Counted from the whole stretch's first letter, positions 19,360 to 29,703 are shown. The stretch is DNA of 60,984 nucleotides, filler included, from 7 parts of 7 records of this genome joined end to end with filler, not necessarily neighbours in it, one strand, 5' to 3'. The notes: generated by a model not told the origin, from the sequence alone. A program made the numbers and translations.

Positions 19360-21552
19360 ATGTATTCCATCCTTACTATATCCCATATAAGATTTTATCA
19401 TTTTGCATTCTTATTAATTATTATAACTACTTTTTTCGTTGGCTGTGTTAGCAAAAATCTTTTCGAACAAACTCATGTTGACTCATCGGAACAATTGGGT
19501 TCAGTGCATATTACACTTTTTCCTCCTGTGCGTTATGACGAATATAAAACTGAACTTCAGCCCAATTTCAAATTAACAGAAGAAGAGGCCTTAAACGCTG
19601 TCTTGCCTTCAACTTTAAAAAGATACTCATACGACGGAAGGTCGACAGGATTTAAAGCAGAAGCGAATCTGCCTTATAGCTCTTTCGAAAAAGAAGAAAC
19701 AAAAACAACTATAGATAAAATAAATGAAGATGGAAGCGATCCATCCTCTAAAGAAATAAATAAAAAAGAGACGATAACATCAAAAAGCGGCGACATCCCA
19801 AAAGCCAATAATTCTAAACCATCTATGTCAAAAGAGGAAATCACTTACGACAACGCTTCTTTGGGAACAGATCCGATGCTACGGTATTGGACAGCAACAG
19901 CCCTTTACCAAGAAGTTCAACTAATTAATAAATATTTCAGCAGCATAGGATTTGATAAAAATTATGTTCCTTATGTTGTCAGGCTTCAGGTCTCAACTCT
20001 TCCACGAGTGAGAAATGCGCCTTACGATACAATTGTCGATATAAATTTTTCACTGAAAGGCAAACAAGGATTGCCTCCTGTAATTTATCCGATGCTCGTA
20101 ACAGACAGTATAGAAACCAGCACAAATAAATTATCAGTCCAACAAGTAAAGGATCTATCTTTAGCACTCACCGGAATGGTAAAAGGAATTGGTTTTGGCA
20201 CGTCATTTAATGATTATCAAGAATTAATAAAAGCTGCTTTTGGAAAGGATTATAATAGTTTATTGACTGTAGCAAGAATCGGAGACAATACACTGAGAGT
20301 GCGGCTTGGAGCCATGCAGCAGGCAAGTTCTGCATATGCGATAATTCCAAAGAACAATACCATATCACTGGTTGTTATGGTACCCGACGACTACTTCGAA
20401 ACTAATAATAAGGACGGACAAAAGAATAAAATATACCTGGAAGGGACCAGTTGGGCGCAATTTGCTGATGTCAAAACTGGAGAATTTTTAAAATCAAAAT
20501 ACGGGGATGATGGAAATAACAATGCAAGAATCGAGGGAATAAATAAAATTTTTACTGAATTTGGATTTGGCAAAAATACAATTAACGCGACTAATAATGA
20601 AATCTATTTATCATTAATTCAGTCTGTTTTGACTTCCGATACAAGAAAGCTTTACGAAATATTAAACGGAAAACCCAAATCACCAGAAGATAAAAATAGA
20701 AATCTCCCTCCTATTCCAGATGGAGAACCCCTTAAAGATTTTCAAATGAAACAAATCATGGTTCGATTGGCTGGTTTTTTCAGCGACAGCGGGTTTGACT
20801 ATTCGAAAGTCCGGATACCGTTTCGTGATCCAGCCCAGCTATGTATAGGAGAGAGTAAAGACATCGAAGGTTGTATGAAGGGTAAACAATGGTTGGATGA
20901 AATAAGCGCAATAAGCTTGCTGGATGACGGTTCTAAAACTGCTGTTTCCCTTATGCCCATCGGTAATGTCAGAGATACAAACTTATCAGCCAAGCTTTAT
21001 ACGACAACTCTTTCTGGTCAAACTGTCACGTTTCCTGCCCTTACGATCTCGGCAAATATCAAAACAAATGAATTATTATTAACCTTTAATTCAATGACCA
21101 AGTGGAACATTGAAAAACCAACAAAAATCGTGTTGGTCGATTCAACGAATAAAAAAGGTCACAAACGCTATGAGTTTAAGAAACTGAAATATGAAGTAGA
21201 TAAAGACTCAGATCCCCTTAAGATAAAACTTGTTAATAAAAACGGAAATAATTTTATTACAGATACAATGGTTCATTTTCAAATAATCGGCGATCTGAAC
21301 AGCAACAACTATTCTGTTCTCATTGTTGAAAATGCCAGAATAAACAAGACTATACCAATGAATTGGCTCGAAGACAAACTGGATAAAAACAAAATTGTGA
21401 TCGCTGAGAATGTTATCATTAAAAATGGTAATGTTAAGCTTGCTTTATCCAACTTGGTTGATGAAGAAAAAGTCAAGATCTACGGAAAAGCTAAAGATGG
21501 TCGAGAGACCAATAAATTAACCTATACGGTAAAATTAGAGAAGGACAAATAG
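19360..21552 (+). CDS. large hypothetical lipoprotein
   Basis: About 730 aa AT-rich ORF; hydrophobic N-terminus ending in lipobox-like 'FFVGC'. Confidence 0.75.
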   Translation: MYSILTISHIRFYHFAFLLIIITTFFVGCVSKNLFEQTHVDSSEQLGSVHITLFPPVRYDEYKTELQPNFKLTEEEALNAVLPSTLKRYSYDGRSTGFKAEANLPYSSFEKEETKTTIDKINEDGSDPSSKEINKKETITSKSGDIPKANNSKPSMSKEEITYDNASLGTDPMLRYWTATALYQEVQLINKYFSSIGFDKNYVPYVVRLQVSTLPRVRNAPYDTIVDINFSLKGKQGLPPVIYPMLVTDSIETSTNKLSVQQVKDLSLALTGMVKGIGFGTSFNDYQELIKAAFGKDYNSLLTVARIGDNTLRVRLGAMQQASSAYAIIPKNNTISLVVMVPDDYFETNNKDGQKNKIYLEGTSWAQFADVKTGEFLKSKYGDDGNNNARIEGINKIFTEFGFGKNTINATNNEIYLSLIQSVLTSDTRKLYEILNGKPKSPEDKNRNLPPIPDGEPLKDFQMKQIMVRLAGFFSDSGFDYSKVRIPFRDPAQLCIGESKDIEGCMKGKQWLDEISAISLLDDGSKTAVSLMPIGNVRDTNLSAKLYTTTLSGQTVTFPALTISANIKTNELLLTFNSMTKWNIEKPTKIVLVDSTNKKGHKRYEFKKLKYEVDKDSDPLKIKLVNKNGNNFITDTMVHFQIIGDLNSNNYSVLIVENARINKTIPMNWLEDKLDKNKIVIAENVIIKNGNVKLALSNLVDEEKVKIYGKAKDGRETNKLTYTVKLEKDK

Positions 21553-21771
21553 TGTCTTTACTCTATTGAAGGCGGACCACGCAACCTTTTGTAATAATAA
21601 AAAATTACCTTCATGACATCCTGAGTTCAGGGCCATATTGAAATATAGAAAATTCCTTGGAATGTTTATCATGAAAGTCCAAATAATTAACTTGGTGACC
21701 CGAACCCCCTCTTGTCAATCGGCGTGAATTGTAAGTAACGTTAGGGCCAACAAAAAAAGGAGGTAACCATC

Positions 21772-22743
21772 ATGTCTATAAACAATCTTATTGAAAACAA
21801 TCTGTTTTGGAACGAATCCGGGACAAATGATGAACCAAGTTGGATTCCGAGTTACTGGCAAAAACTTCAGTCGCAGGGAATGCTTCATACCTATAAACTG
21901 AACATCGAACAGAATCGTGGCATACGTTTATGGACAAGTGCAGGCAGCAAGGAAGAAGCGGGCATCGGGGCAATATATCAGGTAATTAGGTTACTACCTC
22001 CATTCGTCTACACTATTCGTGTAAAATTGAATGGAGGAAATGTGGGTACTTCGCTATTCCTTGTCCCATATTTTGACGACGAAATCAAAGGCCATCTCTA
22101 CAATCTAGACAATGGACAGCTTTCTTACAATTTTGATAATGATCCTGCTTACTTTCTTCAGCATTGTCCAATAACCCACCTTCTTGAGCAAAGCAACATG
22201 CCTCCATTCGAGGCGATTTTCCATGCGCCGCGGCTATCGACTGGTACCACTTACATCTCATCTATATATAAAGTGGGCGTTTCGGTGGGTCCTGGGGCTG
22301 GGCAATATGTGGACATTGAGTCCATCGAGTTATTGCCTAATCACGACCAAATCTGCGAGCTCCAACCCCAGGAACAGCCATTGGTGACGGATTTAACGGG
22401 CGAATTTGAAGTGAAAAACCAGGGGGAAAAAGCCTTCTTCACTCTCTTCATGGGCGATCCGCTACAGAGAAACCTACGGATTCATGCTGTTGAAATCAGC
22501 TTTATCCTGGAGGGAGGGGATACCGCAAGCCCTTTGATCTTCCGCCAGTACAGCCCTGAGTGGAAACTCCAAGGAACTCTACCGAGGAAGATGGTTAAGG
22601 TATTTAATGCAGCAAGGCCAAAGGACCTTGAATTGCTGTGGCCCGAAAAGAATCTAGCCGGCAAAACTGCCGAGGTTTTGTGCCGCTGCTTTACCGACGA
22701 TGGTTATGTAGAGATCCCCGGCAACAATCCTGTAGCAATGTAA
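21772..22743 (+). CDS. hypothetical protein (beta-rich, possibly CBM-like N-domain)
   Basis: 323 aa, RBS AGGAGG; alternating beta-strand pattern ending 'YVDIESIEL'. Confidence 0.7.
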   Translation: MSINNLIENNLFWNESGTNDEPSWIPSYWQKLQSQGMLHTYKLNIEQNRGIRLWTSAGSKEEAGIGAIYQVIRLLPPFVYTIRVKLNGGNVGTSLFLVPYFDDEIKGHLYNLDNGQLSYNFDNDPAYFLQHCPITHLLEQSNMPPFEAIFHAPRLSTGTTYISSIYKVGVSVGPGAGQYVDIESIELLPNHDQICELQPQEQPLVTDLTGEFEVKNQGEKAFFTLFMGDPLQRNLRIHAVEISFILEGGDTASPLIFRQYSPEWKLQGTLPRKMVKVFNAARPKDLELLWPEKNLAGKTAEVLCRCFTDDGYVEIPGNNPVAM

Positions 22744-22876
22744 GGACGGCGCATCTAATGGGCTAAGGGCCTAAAAACACCTGTTTTGTCAGGAATATTT
22801 AATGGCAATCAATAAGTTGGATTGGCCATACCCCAAAAACCCACCCGAAACCCAAAAGAAAGGAGGCGGATGAAAA

Positions 22877-23233
22877 ATGGCAAAGACGAAATTTGAAGAG
22901 GCTCTGAAAAAGCTGAAAGACACGTTATGTGATCTCACATCCCTCGAAGTGCAGACCTACACGGGAGATCTGAATGTGGCGGTGGATAGTGAAGGTGGTT
23001 CCCCGGATTTTGAGACAATGTTGAGCAAAGTGAAAAAGGAGGGCAAACTGAAGCTCGTTTATGTCACCAAGATCAATTTTGACGGGGACGGAATCGTCCT
23101 GGTACCCGAAACCGCGGCGCCGGATCACATCCAGCAGGCCCATAGCGCCGCCATTCACGCGGGGCAGGAAGTCCGTCAGGGTCTCTTGACACTCTTTTCG
23201 GAAGTCACCGGGCTGAAAGCCGGCAAACCCTGA
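22877..23233 (+). CDS. hypothetical protein (LEVxTxTG...TxIxFDGD type)
   Basis: 118 aa, RBS AGGAGG; stop overlaps the next start (TGATG). Confidence 0.8.
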   Translation: MAKTKFEEALKKLKDTLCDLTSLEVQTYTGDLNVAVDSEGGSPDFETMLSKVKKEGKLKLVYVTKINFDGDGIVLVPETAAPDHIQQAHSAAIHAGQEVRQGLLTLFSEVTGLKAGKP

Positions 23234-24837
23234 TGCCGATGCAATTGAACTTCAAAGAGGGATTGGAAGCATTCTCACGATTCCCTTCCGGATCGGTCCT
23301 GGAGCGGCTGGGCGCCCTTAAAACCGATTTTGGGGATGCCGAGGGAAAGGGACTTTTCGTCCCCCTGCCCCATGCGGATCCCCACCGGTCCCGGGATATT
23401 TCCCGTATCCGGACAATCCGCAACCGCCTGGCCAACCTGGGGTATCCGGTTGAGGATTCGGGACGTGCCGTTTTAAATGAGGAGTTGAGGGGAGCCATCC
23501 GTTGTTTTCAACGTGAGGCGGGGCTCACGGTTGACGGCTGGGTCGGCGGTGAAGAGACCTGGCCGGCGCTTCAGGAGCTTGCCGACTTCGAGACCCCCAT
23601 CAACGTCTATCGCTGGTTGGAGGACGGCAAACCGAACGCGGCCCTCAGGCGCGCCGTTACGCTTCGTCTGTTCGTCCTGGGACTCTGGAAGGAAAAACCG
23701 ACTTCTCCGGACCACGATGTTGCGGAAGGGTTTCAGGCCTTTGGAAGGATATGGGAAATCCTCAAACTCGGAGAAGCCAAAACCCCGGCAGCATACAACC
23801 CGGAATGGATCGAACGCCTCTTCGATCAGGACGGGCTGGTTGCGCACCTGGCCGCAGCATCGGTACCTAGTTCCGGCAGCAGCATGATAAAAGCCCACGG
23901 GTTCCTCCTCAATGTGGCAAAAATAGAGCTGTGGCTTTCGGGATACAGCGTCTGTCCGGCCGGTTACGACATGAAAACATTTAAAGGACCTACCCCCACG
24001 GACGGGGATCCCCATGGGTTCGACATCTGGAAGAAATCCGCCAGCGTGACCAAATTTTTCCGTATCAAGCGGAACCTCTCCTTTTACAGGGCCTTGAACC
24101 TGTTCTGGCGGGATCAAGGGGAGAATGCAAAGAGTGTGGATCATCTGAGCCTCGATTTTCTGGAAGTCTTTCCGCGCTTTTTCAAGGCGGTTGAAACCGG
24201 ACTCACGGCCGATGCCCACATGACAAATGCCGAACGTTACGAGCTTATTGAAACCGAAATTGAACGATATCCGGAGCAGATTCCCACCGTATGGTCCCAT
24301 GTGCGCACCCTCGGCAACCGAATTTGGGACGGGATGCGTCGTGCATGGGGCTGGTTTAAAAACCTTCTAAAACAAACCGGCGACAAATTGGTCGCCATCG
24401 GTCGCAACCTTTCACGGCTTATTTACCATTACGCCATGGGTGCCTATACCATGGTAAGCAATATCCTCGAAGGGTTTGGGGAAAGCGTTCGATTTATCAT
24501 CAAACCGTATCTGGAGATATCCGACGCCGATACCGGCATCATCTCTCACGATGGGGACTTTGATTTCAAGTTAACCCTGAACATGGGGGCTGATCCGACA
24601 TCCATCAAAAAACTCCTTTGGAACCTTCGGAGAAAAACCCGAAAATTTGGTTTCATATGCAACATACTGGGGCTTTTCATGGGGATACTGACAACCGTTA
24701 TCAAAAATATGTACGCAGGATATTTGGGCCTGATTCTTTCGCTCGTGAAATTCCGGCGGGAGTGGGATCGAATCCCGTCCCTTATTTCCCAATACGAGTC
24801 GCTATTCGAAGCCCCTGAAGGTGCAAAACCTTTCTGA
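23233..24837 (+). CDS. peptidoglycan-binding domain protein with C-terminal hydrophobic helices
   Basis: 'IRNRLANLGY...AIRCFQREAGLTVDGWVG..TWPAL' PG_binding_1 signature; hydrophobic C-terminal 'FICNILGLFMGIL...YLGLILSLV'. Confidence 0.8.
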   Translation: MPMQLNFKEGLEAFSRFPSGSVLERLGALKTDFGDAEGKGLFVPLPHADPHRSRDISRIRTIRNRLANLGYPVEDSGRAVLNEELRGAIRCFQREAGLTVDGWVGGEETWPALQELADFETPINVYRWLEDGKPNAALRRAVTLRLFVLGLWKEKPTSPDHDVAEGFQAFGRIWEILKLGEAKTPAAYNPEWIERLFDQDGLVAHLAAASVPSSGSSMIKAHGFLLNVAKIELWLSGYSVCPAGYDMKTFKGPTPTDGDPHGFDIWKKSASVTKFFRIKRNLSFYRALNLFWRDQGENAKSVDHLSLDFLEVFPRFFKAVETGLTADAHMTNAERYELIETEIERYPEQIPTVWSHVRTLGNRIWDGMRRAWGWFKNLLKQTGDKLVAIGRNLSRLIYHYAMGAYTMVSNILEGFGESVRFIIKPYLEISDADTGIISHDGDFDFKLTLNMGADPTSIKKLLWNLRRKTRKFGFICNILGLFMGILTTVIKNMYAGYLGLILSLVKFRREWDRIPSLISQYESLFEAPEGAKPF

Positions 24838-24906
24838 CCCGGTCGGACAGCCTTGATTGGACCGCTTTGAAATTGCCCATGATAGAATCAATAAGGAGGA
24901 ATAGAC

Positions 24907-25371
24907 ATGTACAAGACCACCCAGGAAATCCTGGACGCACTCTGCGGCAGGAATCATGACGATTGTTTCGAACCGTTAACCGGCCTACCCGACTTCGACC
25001 CGGAAAAACATTCGGACGGCTGCAGTGGCAGCATGTCGGCAACCTACGCGGACCTGCCCCGTTGGGTCCACGAAAAATTCGGCCATACCCTCCCCTGGCG
25101 CCATTGCTGCGTGGAACATGACCGGGCTTACTACTATGGGGGGAGCCGGGAGCAGAAGATCGCCGCGGATAAAAAACTTAAGAAGTGCGTGACCGCCGTT
25201 GTCGGATATGACCTGGCCGGCCGGCTGCTGGGGAATGCCATGCACTTTGCGGTCCACGTGGGCGGCCAACCCTATTTCGCAACGCCCTACCGCTGGGGTT
25301 ACGGTGAAGATTTCCGCGGTACCGAGGATTTGCCCTCAGGAAAGGAACCGACCCACAAAGAAGGAGGATAG
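24907..25371 (+). CDS. phospholipase A2-like protein
   Basis: 'SDGCS', 'CCVEHDRAY' (PLA2 CCxxHDxxY His-Asp motif), 'AD..L..CV', 'AV..GG'; RBS AAGGAGG. Confidence 0.7.
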   Translation: MYKTTQEILDALCGRNHDDCFEPLTGLPDFDPEKHSDGCSGSMSATYADLPRWVHEKFGHTLPWRHCCVEHDRAYYYGGSREQKIAADKKLKKCVTAVVGYDLAGRLLGNAMHFAVHVGGQPYFATPYRWGYGEDFRGTEDLPSGKEPTHKEGG

Positions 25372-26469
25372 ATGATGCAGATCGATTTCCACCACACCGC
25401 CACTTACGTCATTTCCCGGTATGCTGGCTTCGCCCACCGGGATGCCGAGATAATCGCCTACTGCGCCCAATACGTGGATGATGCCACCAATAAGGGCACC
25501 GCCCATTTCGATAACGGCGCCATGTACAATCGGGTGGCCTCGGCCCATAAAATGCTCGACTACGGCAATTTCGAGAAACTGGCCACCCACCAGGTATGGA
25601 TCCCGTTCCATTTTCTACCGGGCAACGGCGGTTTGCGTGCCGGAGAAAATCCCCAAGGGACTTTCATAGAAAAGATCGTCTGCAAACCCGACAGCCATAT
25701 CGCCCGGGACATGGTGGATAGCTGCATCCGTGAGCAGGATACGCCCTATGGGTTACACCGCTTGGGCATCACCATGCATGTCTACGCCGATACCTGGGCC
25801 CACCGGGGATTTGCCGGGGTACAGCACCATGTGAACAAGATCACCGCCCTGGACGATCATGACAACGAAGACCGGATCTTTCTGGGTCGACTGAGACAAA
25901 CATTCGGCGATTGGGTGGAGTCGGTCTCCAGCAGTTTCGTGGGGAACGCCCTCCCCCTCGGACACGGGGCCGCACTGAGCCACCCGGACAAGCCGTTTTT
26001 GCGCTGGCGTTACCGCGATCACAAGGGGACTGTGATACCGCGCAATAACACTGAGGCGTTCACCGATGCAGCCGATAAAATGTGCCGGGCCATGCAGCGG
26101 TACCGGGTACGCGACACAGATGCGGCGGTGACCGGATTAGACGACGTTCAGAGAGGCAAACTGAGGCGGATGTTCGCCGATACTCCGGGGGATTCGGGAG
26201 ATGACCGGCACCACATATGGCTCAAAGCCATTGCCGAGGGGGAGTTCGGCTTTCCGGCCCAACGCCTCGCATACCGGCCCAAAGGGGCACTCTCATGGAA
26301 GTATCAAGCCTTGGGTACACGCAAAATCAGGGATAAGAAGAAGGAAGTCTTCAAATACGACGTTTCATTCATGGACAGTGACTGGAAGCAGTTCCACGAT
26401 GCCTTGCAGGTACACCGGTTGACCGTCATCCGGGACATCCTCCCCCGGTACGGTATCTGTGCGGCATGA
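25372..26469 (+). CDS. DUF6765-like protein, probable Zn-dependent phospholipase C / S1-P1 nuclease fold
   Basis: N-terminal 'DFHH', 'QYVDD', 'PFHF', 'LGITMHVYADTWAH' (HxxxD..H), 'LGHG'. Confidence 0.7.
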   Translation: MMQIDFHHTATYVISRYAGFAHRDAEIIAYCAQYVDDATNKGTAHFDNGAMYNRVASAHKMLDYGNFEKLATHQVWIPFHFLPGNGGLRAGENPQGTFIEKIVCKPDSHIARDMVDSCIREQDTPYGLHRLGITMHVYADTWAHRGFAGVQHHVNKITALDDHDNEDRIFLGRLRQTFGDWVESVSSSFVGNALPLGHGAALSHPDKPFLRWRYRDHKGTVIPRNNTEAFTDAADKMCRAMQRYRVRDTDAAVTGLDDVQRGKLRRMFADTPGDSGDDRHHIWLKAIAEGEFGFPAQRLAYRPKGALSWKYQALGTRKIRDKKKEVFKYDVSFMDSDWKQFHDALQVHRLTVIRDILPRYGICAA

Positions 26470-26561
26470 TGCCGCTCTTCCGGGATGGTTGATTGGGAAA
26501 ACGGGGTCGGGATGTTTTGTGGGGATTCCCCCGGGCCATGGGTGAACCAAAGCCCCGGGTG

Positions 26562-28841
26562 CTATTTCTTTTTGAAAAAAACGGTAAAGGTCGTACCGCC
26601 GGACTTGAAGCAATCCTGTTGGTTTCGGCAGTTTTCGCATCGGTCGATACTTCCCGGACACACCGCGCCGGCATGCTCCAGGAAACCACATCGCTTACTT
26701 GTCATATTCATTTGAAAACCGTAACGTTCCCCAAAAACCTTCATACGCAGGAGATCCGCCCCCTTGCCCCCGGCATTAAAATCAAAGGGGCGTTTTGAAG
26801 AATAATCCATGGTCTCCTGGGTGGAAAAAAACCCCTCGAATATGCGTTTTTGATCTTTCGGCAAAATGCCCACACCAAAATCTCTTATGATCAGCAAAGC
26901 GCCGTCTTCTCTCTTTTTCACAAAAAGATCCATCCTACCTTTGTCAGGAATATTTTCAACGGCATTCTTAATTAACCCGTCCATCACCTTTTCCATAACA
27001 TCGGGCGGCATATGAATACACACATCGTCTTCCAGATGACGGTTCACATGAACATTACGATGGGCGAATTGGGGACTGAGCGCCGCCAATCTTTCCGATA
27101 CAAAACGGTTCAGATAAATTTTTTCACGCTTACTTTCTCTCGGCCCAAACTCCGATTCAAGTCGTTTGCGCAGCCATTTTACAATCTCCCCTTCTCCCAC
27201 CTTCTCCGCCACCAGGGACTCCAGTTCATCCATACATTGATCCACCATAATACTGAGCACGGTATAAGATCGGTACTCCCGGCCCCGCATAATGTCTTCC
27301 ACCTGGTACTGGATTTCCAGGATACGATCCAGGTTCCGTTTAGCCCTTTGAAAAGTGGCCGCCCACTCCTTTTCAGGAAGGGCCTTCAATTTCCGGGTTA
27401 GAATCACCAGACTGCCCAGCAGAATGGAAACGGGCGTTTTCAATTCGTGGGAAAGGTGGTTGATAATCCTGTCCTTGGCACGGTTGAGACTTGCCACCTC
27501 TTCATATGCCTCGGTTAGCTCCTTTGAAAATCGTGCATTTTCAATGGACAAGGCCACAGTACCGGCAATCATGGTCAAAAGCTTTTGGTCTTTATGATCG
27601 AAGGCCTCCGTTTTTTTGTTAACGGCGGTCAGGACACCAATGATATTTCCGCCACTCTCCAAAGGCACAACAAGGAGGCTGTCGGTTTGAAAACCGATGG
27701 CAGCATCCAATCCGTGGCTGAAATCAGGGTCTTTATCCGTGTCAGCCACCATGGCCGGTTCACCGGTCCGCAATACCCGCCCCATAATGCCTATTTTTGC
27801 CGGCCGACGAACTGTTTTTATCTGGCGCTGGGCCGACCTGTCATCGTAAGCAGCCCCCAAAAACGAAATATATTTGAGATCCTCATCAAAGAGCCCGACA
27901 ACCGCCCCTTCCGTGTTAAGAAGCCGCTTCACTTCATCGGTGATGTAATCGAGCAGATCTTCCAATACGGGATATCCGGGCAGAGCACGACTGATCTGGA
28001 AAAGGGTTTCGTTGATGCGCTCCGTTCGACGTTCTTCCGTTACATCCCGCAGGATAAACAATTCCCCCGGGTTATCATCGTTATTACGAGAAGATAGTTG
28101 TCCTCGAATGATCACATCCAGAATACGACCGTCTTTGGTCATCCGCTTGGTCTCTATGGTCGCATCCGCGCTTTCCTTAAAGCGTTTGACGGTTTCTCCG
28201 GCTTCCGTCTCATATCCGGGTGGAAAATAGGGGATTTTTCGACCAATCAGCTCCTCCAGACGCCAGCCGAAGATGTGGGTAAAAGCGGGATTCACATAGG
28301 TTACATTCCCGGAAAGCGAAAAAACGACCATTGGGTAGGGGACAAAATCGAAGAGATTCCGTGTTCTTCGCTTCGCCTTTCTCTTGGCTTCGAATTCGTG
28401 CTCGTATCGGCGCTGCGCTTCCTTGAGTTCACGAATGGTTTTGAATCTTTCCGTGACATCCCTGGCAATGCCCCTAAACCCCATTTTTTTTCCTTCATGG
28501 TTTTTCACCAGGTACGCGGAGAGTTCTATAACCTTTCGGTTTCCCGCCTTGTCCCGGGTTTCCCATATGAGATTGGAAAATCCCCGGTGGGTAATCCAGA
28601 CCTTATTGAAAGCCTCATGGAATTTTCTGGACTGCCGGGAGTCCATGAACGTCCCTATATTCTTATGAAGGATCTCATCAGCGGGATAACCCAGAACCTT
28701 GGACAGTGAACTGCTAAAACCGGTTAAATTCCCATGGTTATCCATTTCATAGACACAATCTCCCGAAACGTCGATCAAATCTCTCAGCTCGCCGTCGGAT
28801 GTGTTTTCCGGGATCGTTGCCCGTTTATCATCCCCCATCAT
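26562..28841 (-). CDS. cytoplasmic PAS-PAS-GAF sensor histidine kinase
   Basis: 'GIARDVTER', GAF 'GVLTAVNKK..F...D..LL', H-box 'LSHELKTPV', 'DFGVGI'. Confidence 0.9.
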   Translation of the reverse strand: MMGDDKRATIPENTSDGELRDLIDVSGDCVYEMDNHGNLTGFSSSLSKVLGYPADEILHKNIGTFMDSRQSRKFHEAFNKVWITHRGFSNLIWETRDKAGNRKVIELSAYLVKNHEGKKMGFRGIARDVTERFKTIRELKEAQRRYEHEFEAKRKAKRRTRNLFDFVPYPMVVFSLSGNVTYVNPAFTHIFGWRLEELIGRKIPYFPPGYETEAGETVKRFKESADATIETKRMTKDGRILDVIIRGQLSSRNNDDNPGELFILRDVTEERRTERINETLFQISRALPGYPVLEDLLDYITDEVKRLLNTEGAVVGLFDEDLKYISFLGAAYDDRSAQRQIKTVRRPAKIGIMGRVLRTGEPAMVADTDKDPDFSHGLDAAIGFQTDSLLVVPLESGGNIIGVLTAVNKKTEAFDHKDQKLLTMIAGTVALSIENARFSKELTEAYEEVASLNRAKDRIINHLSHELKTPVSILLGSLVILTRKLKALPEKEWAATFQRAKRNLDRILEIQYQVEDIMRGREYRSYTVLSIMVDQCMDELESLVAEKVGEGEIVKWLRKRLESEFGPRESKREKIYLNRFVSERLAALSPQFAHRNVHVNRHLEDDVCIHMPPDVMEKVMDGLIKNAVENIPDKGRMDLFVKKREDGALLIIRDFGVGILPKDQKRIFEGFFSTQETMDYSSKRPFDFNAGGKGADLLRMKVFGERYGFQMNMTSKRCGFLEHAGAVCPGSIDRCENCRNQQDCFKSGGTTFTVFFKKK

Positions 28842-29033
28842 AATATTTCCCTGAATTTTAAATTTTCAAAAAAATCATTTTGTTTAAATCCATACCATAT
28901 ACCCGGTTAAATTTTGAGATTTTTCTTTACACCTTGAGATGCCATTTACAAAATGCTAAAAGAAATAATTGCTTTGTGAATTGTGAACTCCCATTTTTTA
29001 TCACCACCATCGATATTTTCAGGAATTTGGCGG

Positions 29034-29603
29034 ATGTTGATTGAACAAGCTAAAGAAGTACTTCAAATTGAGGCCCAGAGCATATTGGGGCTTATGGAAC
29101 AGATCGGCCCCACTTTTTCGGAAGCCGTCTCCATCATTTTGAAGGCCAGGGGAAGGGTTATCCTCACGGGGATGGGAAAGTCGGGGCTGGTTGCCAGAAA
29201 AATTTCAGCTACCCTCAACAGTACGGGTACCACATCATTTTTTCTTCATCCGGCGGAAGCCATCCATGGGGATCTTGGCATGGCCACACCGGACGACGTG
29301 GTTCTTGCCATCAGCAACAGCGGCCATACCGTTGAAATCAACAAAATCCTCCCCATTCTGAAACAGATGAAAGTCAAAATCATCTCTCTCACTGGGGGGC
29401 TCGATTCGCCCATGGCCCAAATAAGTGATCTGGTGATCGATGTGGGGGTGGAAAGGGAAGCCTGTCCCCTTGGGCTGGCGCCCACCGCCAGCACCACCGC
29501 CGCCCTTGCCATGGGTGATGCCCTTGCGGTGGTGCTGCTCAAAAGCCGCCACTTCAGCAAAAAGGATTTCAAGCGTTTCCATCCGGGGGGGAGTCTGGGA
29601 GAG
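29034..29603 (+). CDS. kdsD: arabinose-5-phosphate isomerase KdsD/KpsF (truncated)
   Basis: 'TGMGKSG', 'HPAEAIHGDLG', 'EACPLGLAPTASTT', 'FHPGGSLG'. Confidence 0.93.
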
Positions 29604-29703
29604 NNNNNNNNNNNNNNNNNNNNNNNNNNNNNNNNNNNNNNNNNNNNTTAATTAATTAANNNNNNNNNNNNNNNNNNNNNNNNNNNNNNNNNNNNNNNNN
29701 NNN
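29604..29703. other. artificial contig linker
   Basis: N44-TTAATTAATTAA-N44. Confidence 0.99.
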
